The notes beneath the pieces were generated by a model. That model worked only from the letters and a program-made list of their open reading frames with translations, ran no database searches and was not told where the DNA came from. Position numbers and translations under genes: made by a program. A stretch of 64,000 nt of DNA from Podarcis muralis (Eukaryota), in contig NC_135655.1 in assembly GCF_964188315.1 (NCBI RefSeq), positions 29,636,001 through 29,700,000 of the forward strand. Reading direction: 5' to 3'. Positions 39,301 through 48,445 of the stretch are shown here, in pieces (the first letter of the stretch is position 1; the number at the start of each line of letters is the position of its first letter).

Positions 39301-40157
39301 TTTGGTGGAAAGGCAGGATACAAATTTTAACAAATATTACTACTTGCATTCCACCTTTCCTCCAAGGTGCTCAGGATGACATGCAAGAAGTTTCCCTTTT
39401 CCCTCCTGCACAACAACCCTGTGAGGTAGCTTGAGCTGAAAGACAGTGGCTGGACTAAGATGACTAAGAGTGCAGCCCAGTGTCCACTTACCTGGGAGTG
39501 AGCCCCACTACCTGTAGTGAGCCTTATTTCTGAGTAAATGCTTGTAGGATTTCTGCCTCAGTATGCCTCATGATTTGAGCTGAGATTTAAAACTGGTCAT
39601 CCTTGTCCCTATTATATTACCTTATAATTATCCTTGTTTTTCACGCATCATGTTTTTTCTGGTCTCCCCCCCCCCCCCCCAGGTAAATGACAAACATTTA
39701 GAGTCAGCTGGGCAGACGGAGATATTTCGGAAGTACCCTCGAAAGGCCTCCATCCTAAACATGCCACTGGTCACCACGCTTTTCTACTCCTGCTTCTATC
39801 ACTACACGGAGACTGAGGTTAGGGTAACAAATATGGCGGGTCCTCTGTATTAGTTACTGAAGCCTCATGCCCTGCTGAAGAAAAGGGGGAGCAAGATTTG
39901 GCTCACATGGCCTGGCCAACCAAAGTAGCCTGTTGCCTCCAAATTGGCAATATTCTGTTGCCAGTATTGCAGGATTTCCGAGAAAGTGAATAGCTGGTCC
40001 AGGTATAGGGATACTGTATGGGAGACTCCTTCCTGTCTTACGTACTTGGTTCAACCAGTTCACATTATAATAAATATTAGCTATAACTGGAAGAAAGTAA
40101 TGCACCATTAGTAATGCAGTGGTTGTTAAAGGTTTGGAACATCATATTCCAAAAGTA

Positions 40158-40207
<50 letters not shown>

Positions 40208-43200
40208 TAAAATAAAATAAAATAAAATAAATAAAGAGTGGCTAGCTAGAGGTTAGCTAACAAGTTAAGTGAGCATTGGGATTTTAAAATAATAATTTAC
40301 TGAAAGGAAAGGTACAATGTACAGTTTTTTTTTGTGTTTGCAAATGTGTGTAAAGATGAACAGATGGATAGATGGATTAGATGTGAAAATGCTAAAATAA
40401 ATTTTCTGGCATTATAGACTTTAAGTCAGTTCTTGATTTGTTGTGGCAGAGCTAAAGGAGACTAGGTTTTAGAGAGCATAGAGTGCAAGACTCGGACTTG
40501 GTCGTGAGAAAGAGGTGATCAGAATATTGCCAGTTTTCTATAAATTGCCTGCCATCTATAGAATAGAATATTACAGAATAGTTGAGGTACCAACTAGGAT
40601 GGGTCATCGCTATCCCCTCTCCTTTGTTAAATTTGCCATGTCTCTTCCTTCCAGGGAACATTCAGTAGTCCAGCAAACTTGAAGAAAACCTTCAAGGTAA
40701 GCTGTCTGCTGGGTATAATATCTGTACATTCTAGGAGAGGGCAACACTGTTAGAAATGTGCAGTGGAAATAAGGCAAAGGTGTGCTTTGGGTGAAGGAAT
40801 TAAGTCCTACAACAGATGACCAAGTCTAGCCGCAGCAGCTCAGTATAGCAAAGTTCATTGCACTGGCCTTTAGCACTTCAGTTTGGCATTGTGCCTTCCA
40901 GATATTGCTGCACTTCATCTAGTTGCTGGGTTGTACCTTAAGAATTGATTGGTGCCAACCAGGAGCTCGCAACCCAAACTGCTGTCAATGCCTTTTCTAA
41001 CATTTCAATGTTTCTGCCTTCTAGATCCCAGACAAACAGTATGTGCTGACAGCCCTGGCTGCTCGTGCCAAACTCCGGGCTTGGCATGATGTAGATGCTT
41101 TGTTCACCACCAAGGTGAGTCAGGGTGGTTTTCTGAAAGCTTGGGTCAAATATTGGGCCTTCATTGGCTCACAGATCACCCGGGATCTGCCAATAGATCC
41201 CAGTCTATATACTTGCCACCTCTGCTTTAAGATACCTGCCCTCCTGTAATACACTAGAGATCATCTCATCCATCAGTAGATGCTTGTTTCAGGCCTCTTT
41301 CACTCTTTCCCTTTAAGGAAACAGACTTGAGAATACAGTGATAGATGTGGGAGGCTGTTCATAAAGTCTGCAGTCAACCTCCATTGGAAAAGAGTGGAAT
41401 CCTCAGCCAAAGGAAGGATGCTTTTGCCATTTGAGTGTATAAGGAGGGGCATGCAGACAGAGGAGGAGCTGTCTTGAACATCCTTTGTTTGCTGTTAAGA
41501 GGTTTTTTGCTGCATTTCCCATCCTGAAATCTCTGGGTTGCTTTTGTCACAAGATCTAATGTTAATGTGATTTTCGTATTGTGATTTCAGAACTGGTTGG
41601 GCTACACTAAAAAGAAAGCTCCTATTGGTTTTCATCGGGTAGTGGAGATCTTGCAGCGGAACAATGCCCCAGTACAAGTAAGTGAGTGACTTGCCCTGTT
41701 TCAGCATACCAGTATCCTGCCTCTGAAGTTAGAGACTTCTAACTCTACCCTGCAATTTCTTCATGTATACCACAAGTATATTCATCTTCATTTGGCTGTG
41801 CATAAGATATTGGAAGGGACAAGCCCCTCTGGCTGTGCTTGGTTTTCCTACTCCATGATGGTTTTCTCAATCAAATCTATCTTTGAGTTAATTTATCTTT
41901 GTTTGACGCATGGGGTTACTGGCTTGACCGTGTGCCTTTTGCATTATATATATATATATATTTTTATCCAGAAATATAAACAAGAATAAATTTAAGCAAA
42001 AGCAACTCCTTTTGATGGAGGAAGGCAGGTGCAGAGAAATGTGGTTTACAGCTAAACTTGGGAGATGGAGAAGAGAAGTTTTGGGTAGCTCTGCTCTGTT
42101 GATGCTTCCTGTCTTTCTTATGCAGGTCTTACAGGAGTACGTGCGCCTGGTAGAAGATGTTGAGACCAAGTTGAACCTTGCAATGAAATACAAGTGCCAT
42201 GACGTTGTTATAGATGTGAGTCCTTGCTGTGTGTGGTGAGGAGGAGGCAGCTCTTGTTCCTGACTGTTCTGGGTAGTTTGTCCTTAGACATAAGACGCTG
42301 CCTTTATACAGAGCCCAACCATTAGTCCATCTATCTCAGTGCTGTCTACACTGACTGGCAGCAGCTCTCCAGGGTTTCAGACAGAGGACATTCCCAGCCC
42401 TACCGGGAGATGCCAGGTGTTGAAACTGTTTTATACAAGGCAGCTGCTCTACCCCTGAGCTACATTTCTTCCCCAGAGGATAAGAACACTTTCTTTCCAA
42501 AAAGGTTGAAGTGAAAGTACTGATTCTCCACTGGGGCAGTGCTCTGTCCCAAGGTTCCAGATACAGACCAGTGTGAAAGATTTACTGATACCCCTAAGGA
42601 CCCAGTTGCAGGGATTCCAAAGAAAGATGCCCAGAACACCTGAGTGATCTGTCCTAGTGCTTTATTATAGAGAGAGACATCAAGAGACTCACATACAACA
42701 ATACAATGCTGGCTTCCTTGCTTCACCTCAGAATGGATGCTGAAGTAGCAAGCACCATGGTTTTATCCATGAGGGTTTAATATGTTAAGTGTTACTTATA
42801 CAAAAAGCAAGCTGGCAACAATAATCCAGGTAACTCACCCCTGCCTTAGAGGCCCGTTCCCAACTCTCATCCATCTCTCAGATAAAGAGAATAGTTGGCA
42901 GGCAGCCAGTGGGCCTGGGTAACAGCTTCCCCTCTCCCAGTTATGCCAAAAGCTAAGGCTGTAAAGCAAGCACAGAAGCATATGTGATATGTAGCAACTC
43001 ATACCAATTAATTCACGATGACGTTTACATGCCTTTCACCATTTGGTTCCACACAGGCAGCTTATTTACTTAAAGCATATCTATTCAACTTTCATCAAGC
43101 AGAGTCCAGGGCAGCTAGCAGACAACAGAAAATTAAAAGAACACTATAGTACAAAAGCAAAATAATAAAGATGACAACAAGGCTAAGAACAGTGGAGTAA

Positions 43201-44937
43201 AAACCGCATTCTTCCACCAAAACCCAATTCTATTAGTAAGAGTTTCCAGCAGAGTTAAAAACTATTTTCTAGCAATGCTTAAGATGCCCAAGTTTCAAAA
43301 GCTGTCCTTCTAAAAGGAATGCCTTGATTTGATGGTGGAATGCCATTAATGATGGGCCAAAGTCAGTGTCTCCTGGGAGGGAGTTCCAGAGTGCAGGCAC
43401 TGAGAAGGCCAACTATGCTCTATCACTCTGAGATAGAGGACTGCCGTGCACCTTAGCTGGCTTTTGCTTTTTAACTAGACCTACAAAGACTTGAAGGATC
43501 GTCTCCAGTTGATGGCGTACAGATGTAAAGTTGATCGGGGTTCTCCAGCAGAGGAGAAGATTGATAGCATCCTCAGCAACCCGGTAAGAAAGAACAACTC
43601 ATTCACACAGTTTGCTCCAGGGCCGTCTTTAGCATATGTGGTGCAGGGGTGCAAAAATCCGCCCAGCACCCCCAATTTTTTTTGGGGGGGGCAGGTCAAG
43701 GTTGTTGAGCTTTTTATAGAGGGGCAGCTCATAACTCATAAAAAGCGGCAACAATAACTCCATCTTTCCATTTTTGTGATCATGCAAAAATGAAAGACAC
43801 CACTAGGGGGCGCCGCCAGATACGTTGATTCTGCAGCTCTTCCGCAAAAGAGAACAGAAACGACCCATCAACCGCAATCACCGGGGGGTCCCGGTTAAGG
43901 GCTTAGGCGGCTTCAGCGGTGGCCGCCCCCCAGAATTTGGCGCCCGGGTGCGCCGCATCCCTTGTGCCCCTGGGTAAAGATGGCCTTGGTTTGCTCTCAT
44001 TCCGTTTTTTTCCAGGTGCCAGCTTTGATTTAGTTGCAGAAAGTAAGGTTGAGCAATAAGGGCAAGCAGAAGTGATGTTGGGAAGAGCGGTTGATAAATG
44101 TTTAGTGATCCTACTGTTGGCTCTTGTCACAGCTTTATCCTTTCATTTTCTCATGTGTGGTAGACATCGTCAAACTCATACCACATGCCAACTTTTTTTT
44201 TTTTTGTAAGGGGGACTCTTGTGAGATAGTGGTATCACTTTTATATCAGGGCAAAACAAAACAAAAGCCAAGTATCTGTGTTCGTTTATCATGCCAGGCA
44301 GTTGCTTTTGAGAGTCAACTGTTAGCTTGCATCTTTCCCCCTGCTGCCTCCAGAAATCCAATTCTACCTTTCAGATTCAATTTCATTTCCATTTTACAGT
44401 GTAGTAGTGACTTGTAACAGTATACAGCTAGAAACCCAAGAAAATTCAGGACATGATTTCTGTGTACAAAATCCTTCTCCTAAATCAGAAGCTTAAAGAC
44501 TTAATCCCCTTTAATGATACAGATGGCAGTAAAACTTACCTTCTACTTAATGGAGATGATTTGTGCAAGTTAATTGCTTGTTGTTTGCTTTCCTATATGT
44601 CCTATAAGCTTGTGTGAAACAGGGCTTCTAACGTGGGTTTTTTATTAATCCATTTCAAGCATTAACCCAAGATTGCTGGCTCTTCTGTTTCTACCGGATT
44701 GTCACTTAGTTGCACTGAAATTAAAGTCTCATATCTCTATTTTGGTTAAAAGATTAAAATATATAATTTTACTCCCATTGTTTTCTCACAAATTGAGTAT
44801 GGAGTCCTGTCTCCCCATCTGTTTTGACAGGTGTAGGTTCACTGGCTGTTGTCCAGGCAGCCGGGAGGTGTGATGATATTTGAAACTAGCCATATCTCAT
44901 TCTGTTTCTCTTTCAGCAAATCCGATGGAAGAATTGA
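27371..44937 (+). CDS. VIPAS39: VPS33B-interacting protein (VIPAR/SPE-39), complete CDS, 490 aa
   Basis: Exons: 27371-27463, 30022-30118, 30811-30954, 31893-31931, 32467-32531, 33584-33640, 34907-34999, 36027-36060, 36954-37056, 37427-37454, 37841-37914, 38568-38643, 39683-39817, 40655-40696, 41025-41114, 41591-41677, 42126-42215, 43479-43583, 44917-44937. Total 1473 nt, all [41 protein letters not shown]...QIRWKN*. The ATG directly follows an acceptor, so a non-coding first exon must lie upstream. Confidence 0.97.
27628..27809 (+). mobile_element. Tc1/mariner MITE, 182 bp, degenerate right TIR (VIPAS39 intron)
   Basis: TA|CAGTGGTACCTTGG ... GGAGGATGCACTG|TA; carries the family subterminal motif GGACAAATTAAGTTCGT. 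Confidence 0.75.
28380..29871 (+). mobile_element. Tc1/mariner non-autonomous element, CGCAAGACG subfamily, 1492 bp, with internal 120-bp array (VIPAS39 intron)
   Basis: TA|CAGTGGTACCCCG ... CGAGGCACCACTG|TA; about 120 bp left and 130 bp right ends nearly identical to the 16101 copy. Confidence 0.92.
28646..29463 (+). repeat. G-rich minisatellite, 120-bp higher-order unit (about 61+59 bp), about 6.8 units, 14 subunits
   Basis: Sequence lines 28681, 28801, 28921 and 29041 are identical except one C>T at 28938; GGAACAC recurs 14 times at about 60-bp spacing. Confidence 0.97.
30976..31815 (-). mobile_element. CR1 LINE 3' fragment interrupted by a later insertion
   Basis: ATTCT-type terminal repeats at 30976-31000 and typical CR1 3' sequence; it resumes at 31644 after the insert. 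Confidence 0.7.
31255..31643 (+). mobile_element. 5'-truncated poly(A) retroposon (L1/Tx1-like) nested in CR1
   Basis: A-rich sequence ending in AATAAA and an A tail; 16-bp TSD GAGATATTTGAAGATG at 31239-31254 and 31644-31659. Confidence 0.75.
34283..34468. mobile_element. hAT-type MITE, 186 bp
   Basis: ATTTAGGC|CAGGGGTAGTCAACC ... GGTTGACAAGCCCTG|ATTTAGAC; TIRs plus a 7/8 TSD. Confidence 0.8.
35557..35921 (+). mobile_element. Full-length Sauria SINE
   Basis: tRNA-like head with A box (GTGGCGCTGTGG) and B box (GGTTCGAATCC), (ACCTTT)n tail, and 13-bp TSD TACCACAAATCAG at 35544-35556 and 35922-35934. High CpG retention suggests a young copy. Confidence 0.92.
36362..36497. mobile_element. hAT-type palindromic MITE, 136 bp, perfect 8-bp TSD
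   Basis: TTCTAGAC|CAGGCTTCCTCA ... TGAGGAAGCCTG|TTCTAGAC; the TSD fits the hAT-Charlie NTCTAGAN preference. Confidence 0.9.
38201..38339. mobile_element. hAT-type palindromic MITE, degenerate copy
   Basis: Same core (TTCCATCAGCCC...GGATGATGGGAGCTG); ends TAGGATTGGGG / CCCCAACCCTG; no TSD seen. Confidence 0.55.
40159..40235 (+). repeat. (AAT)16 followed by (AAAAT)5 microsatellite
   Basis: Read directly. Confidence 0.95.
42290..42452 (-). mobile_element. tRNA-derived SINE fragment (family also at about 46430-46620 minus and 57800-58000 plus)
   Basis: Minus head GTAGCTCAGGGGTAGAGCAGCTG; shared 3' part (...TAGATGGACTAATGGT...AGGCAGC). Confidence 0.5.
42574..43038 (-). mobile_element. Possible solo LTR
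   Basis: Termini TGAAAG / CTTTCA; minus-strand TATAA at 42796-42800 and AATAAA at 42661-42666, in LTR order; no TSD found. Confidence 0.35.
43618..43988. mobile_element. hAT-type MITE, 371 bp, carrying a CTCF consensus
   Basis: GTTTGCTC|CAGGGCCGTCTTTA ... TAAAGATGGCCTTG|GTTTGCTC; perfect 8-bp TSD and 12/14 TIR match; inserted 35 bp after a VIPAS39 donor. Confidence 0.9.
43799..43814 (+). promoter_or_regulatory. CTCF motif candidate
   Basis: ACCACTAGGGGGCGCC matches the core consensus CCACYAGRKGGCRC with no mismatch. Confidence 0.6.
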
Positions 44938-45660
44938 GAGCTGCTCACTCATCATGGAAGAAGCCTGATTTTACTGGAACAATGAAGGCAAGCTGCCAAA
45001 CATAGCTCTGCATTGGTTTTAATCCACTGCCCAGATTGTAGCTGGCTCTGCTTTTGGATCCTGGGACAGAACCCAAAGGAGATGTTCAGCCAACAGAACC
45101 AAAGCTAAAAAGCTGAAATCCAGCACTCTCTTTTCAACTTGACCATATGATGAATAGAACATGATTGCATAAATGAGAAAAGTAAATGTGATCAAGAAAC
45201 TGGCACCCAAACACTTCTTGCAGACTATCTGTTCATCTGAGTCAGGAAGGACGGCTCCCTGTGAAATTGTTATTTATAGGAATTGTTTCCAGTCCTTTCA
45301 TTTTATCCAGGTCCAAAGTGCGGGACAGTGACTGCTTTGATAGGATTGAAACTCAAGATAATTGGGACTTTTATTTAACTGAGGAAGGGCTGTATAGAGA
45401 TTCTTCAAGGCTATCTAACCCCACCCGTGTTCTTCTCCCCAGATCATTGTATAATAACCACTTGCCTTTAGGCCAAGGAGAACATAAAACCAATTCTAGT
45501 TGGAGACTGACCAATATGCTTCTTGGACAATGGTTGCATTTTCCCTCAGCAAGGGCTAATAAGACTACTTGTTCTTTGGTACTTCTTTCATAAAATGTAC
45601 CACAGGCCTGGATCCCTTTCTCTTCTGCCCTCTTTCTCCTTCATTTTTTCCATTCCTGTA

Positions 45661-45666
45661 AATAAA
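45661..45666 (+). terminator. Poly(A) signal candidate, VIPAS39
   Basis: AATAAA about 720 nt after the stop, followed by a GT/T-rich tract (tgtgtg, tgtgttttctt). Confidence 0.6.
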
Positions 45667-46763
45667 GCTTTGCCTCCCTCTGTGTGACTGCAATGTGTTT
45701 TCTTGCTTTTTTTATCTTGCAAAAGTAGAATAGCCAGCTGGGGTTATCATGGGGTTGTACCCTCAAGGGATTATAAGTAAAATGGGAAATTATTATCTAG
45801 GGACTCTAAAGCATTTTTGTCCACTGTGACTCTTCAGTGAGAGGACATACATACTTTTTTATTTATATTTATGTTTATATATTAAAACACCACTCAATAT
45901 TTTTTTTAAAAAAACCCTACAAAATATAAAACAGAAAAATCAAGAAAAACCCAACTACAAAACATACAAAAGTTTAAATACTAAAACACATTAATATTAC
46001 CTCAACTTTCTAAGCATCTGGGTGTTTTTTTATTATTATTGTTATGTATTAAATTCCTATATGGCCCTTTCATCCAAGGATCACAGGGTGGTTTAAGAAC
46101 ACAAAAAATGCATAACATAGTAACAAACGAGCAATAACCTCCAGTGTGCATACTTGTCTAAAGAGTGCAGTGAAGATGCCTGCTTGATCTCAATAGGGAG
46201 TTCCAATAGGCACTGTCGCATTAAAGGATCAAGTTCTTACAAATGCAGAATGGGTATGTGGGCACCTGTAGTGCCAGTCCACCAAACAAAGCAGTCAAGT
46301 GGGCACATATGGGATAAGGTGATAGGTGTTGAGATTCCTGCATTGCAGGGGCTGGACTAGATTGCCCCCAGGGTCTCTTCCAATTCTATGATGCCACAGG
46401 CATTTCAGTATAGTGATGTTGATTCACGCTGGACTCAAAAGAATTCACTTGCACATGTATTGGAAGCTGCTTTAGCCTGAGTCAGACCAATGGTCCATAT
46501 AGCTCAGTATTACCTACACTTGACTAGCACTTGACCATGGTTTCAGAGTGTCTTTCATAGTCTTACCTGGAGAAGCCAGGGACTCTTAACTGGGGACTTT
46601 CTTCAGTTGCTCTACCACCCTTGCACATCCTGTTTGCATATTCCTGCCAGGCCATGCAAAGCAGTAAGCTGTTGAACTTGGAACTGGGAGAGAAGATTCA
46701 AACTCCCATCTAACCACTAGAAGCAAGCTTTAACACTGACTATTTTCAGATGTTCCTTTAGGG

Positions 46764-46886
46764 CAGCCTTTCTCGACCTTGGGTCCCCAGGTGTTGTGGG
46801 ACTACAGTTCCCATCAGGGCCAGTGGTCAGTGTTTATGGAAGTTGCAGTCCAAGAACATCTGGGGATCCAAGGTTGAGAAAGGCTG
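46764..46886. mobile_element. hAT-type palindromic MITE
   Basis: CTTTAGGG|CAGCCTTTCTC ... GAGAAAGGCTG|CTTTAGAG; 7/8 TSD match. Confidence 0.8.
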
Positions 46887-47787
46887 CTTTAGAGTATATG
46901 AAGAGAACAGCTTTAATGTATGGTTTATACATAAGCTAGTACCACATGTGTCAATCGGCCAATTCTGGTATGCCTGGTTTTAAAGTTTATATTTTTAGGT
47001 AACTGCATTCATTTCCCCTGTTTTGCTTTAAGGTGAAAAATAAGGCAAGGAGTTTTGCTTTTTGTAAGTTGCCCTGGTAATTTCTTATGCATTAAAGGTC
47101 AAGGATATAAATGTTCCTTGTGCCTGTCTTGGAAGGCACTTCAACCCCAAAGGACACAAGGGACAGTTAGTCTGGAACACATAATTTAATGCAAGAGTCA
47201 TTTTTAAAATAAATTGAATTTAGTTTAGAATTTTCCCTTCACACATAAGCATATATTGTAAGAGTAGAGAAAGTCAGCCACCTTAGACTCTACAGTCATA
47301 ATGGCTGTTCATACTAAATAACAATTTTCAACACAAGGTAGCAGATTTAGACAAAGATGTCTAAAGCTCTGGAAAGTTCATATAAGACAGTTCAAAGTAG
47401 TCTGTACCTTTTAAAGAGTTGCTCAGATTCCCTGTAGGGAGGGAAATTATTTGCTGTCTCCTTTAAAGGCAGTAATTATGAAGTCATCACGTGCAAAAAT
47501 GGGTTCTAGAAACAAGGTTCAGTTACCAGGCATTTGCCATGACGACGGTGGTTTTGTTTGATAGTGTGGCAGTTGAGCAGGACCCAGAAGCTTTTGGAGT
47601 GAAAAGGGATGGGATGCTGTGCACTGCAGCTGCCTGTTTCTTTCAGCGGATGTGAAAGCTGGTAATTGGGTGAGGGTCTTTCCTTCTTTCCCCCTTTCTT
47701 GTGCCAGGCGAAGGCAATTTTGCTTCTCATGGCCATCAATGGTTCAACAGGACAAGATAGGTCCTTCCATTTCAATAGTACTATCCT

Positions 47788-48036
47788 CCAGTGTTGTGTA
47801 GTGGTTAAGAGTGGTTAAGTCTCGTAATCTGGGGAACTGGGTTCGCTTCCCCGCTCCTCCACATGCAGCTGCTGGGTGACCTTGGGCCAGTCACACTTCT
47901 CTGAAGTCTCTCAGCTCCACTCACCTCACAGAGTGTTTGTTGTGGGGGAGGAAGGGAAAGGAGAATGTTAGCCGCTTTGAGATTCCTTAAAAGGGAGTGA
48001 AAGGCGGGATATCAAATCCAAACTCTTCTTCTTCTT
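47788..48036 (+). mobile_element. tRNA-derived MIR/Ther1-like SINE (probably Squam3)
   Basis: GTGTAGTGGTTAAGAG A-box head, GGTTCGCTTCCC B-box-like motif, core GGGTGACCTTGGGCCAGTCAC, (CTT)n tail; homologous to 59125-59380. Confidence 0.75.
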
Positions 48037-48445
48037 GATGGCAAATTGATGACTTTGGGGAGTAGCTAGTTTCTTTTTTTCTTCTTTTTTTAAGGCTGTA
48101 TTTTGAACTGAGCATGGGCTGAAGGACAAGGGACATCCACTCCATTCATTCCCAAGAGCTGTGCAAATAGCCACAGAGGTAATGTCTGGAAGTCTCCCCC
48201 TTTTGTTGGAAGCCCAGAGTTTGTGGCAGAGAAGTTTGTTTCTCGTTCTGTGCCACTTCCCTGTGCGGTTGACTAAAGGCAAAAGTACCCGAGGCTCTGG
48301 GTGGCACACAAGAATGGCCACATGCACAATAGTTGATTTCACCCTTGCAGAAAGGGTGGTCACCACAGAGCAGTTGGAAATGGATGACCATTCTGCCACT
48401 ATTGCAGCTGCCGCTCACCACAGAAGGTTTCTGTTCAAGCTCAAG

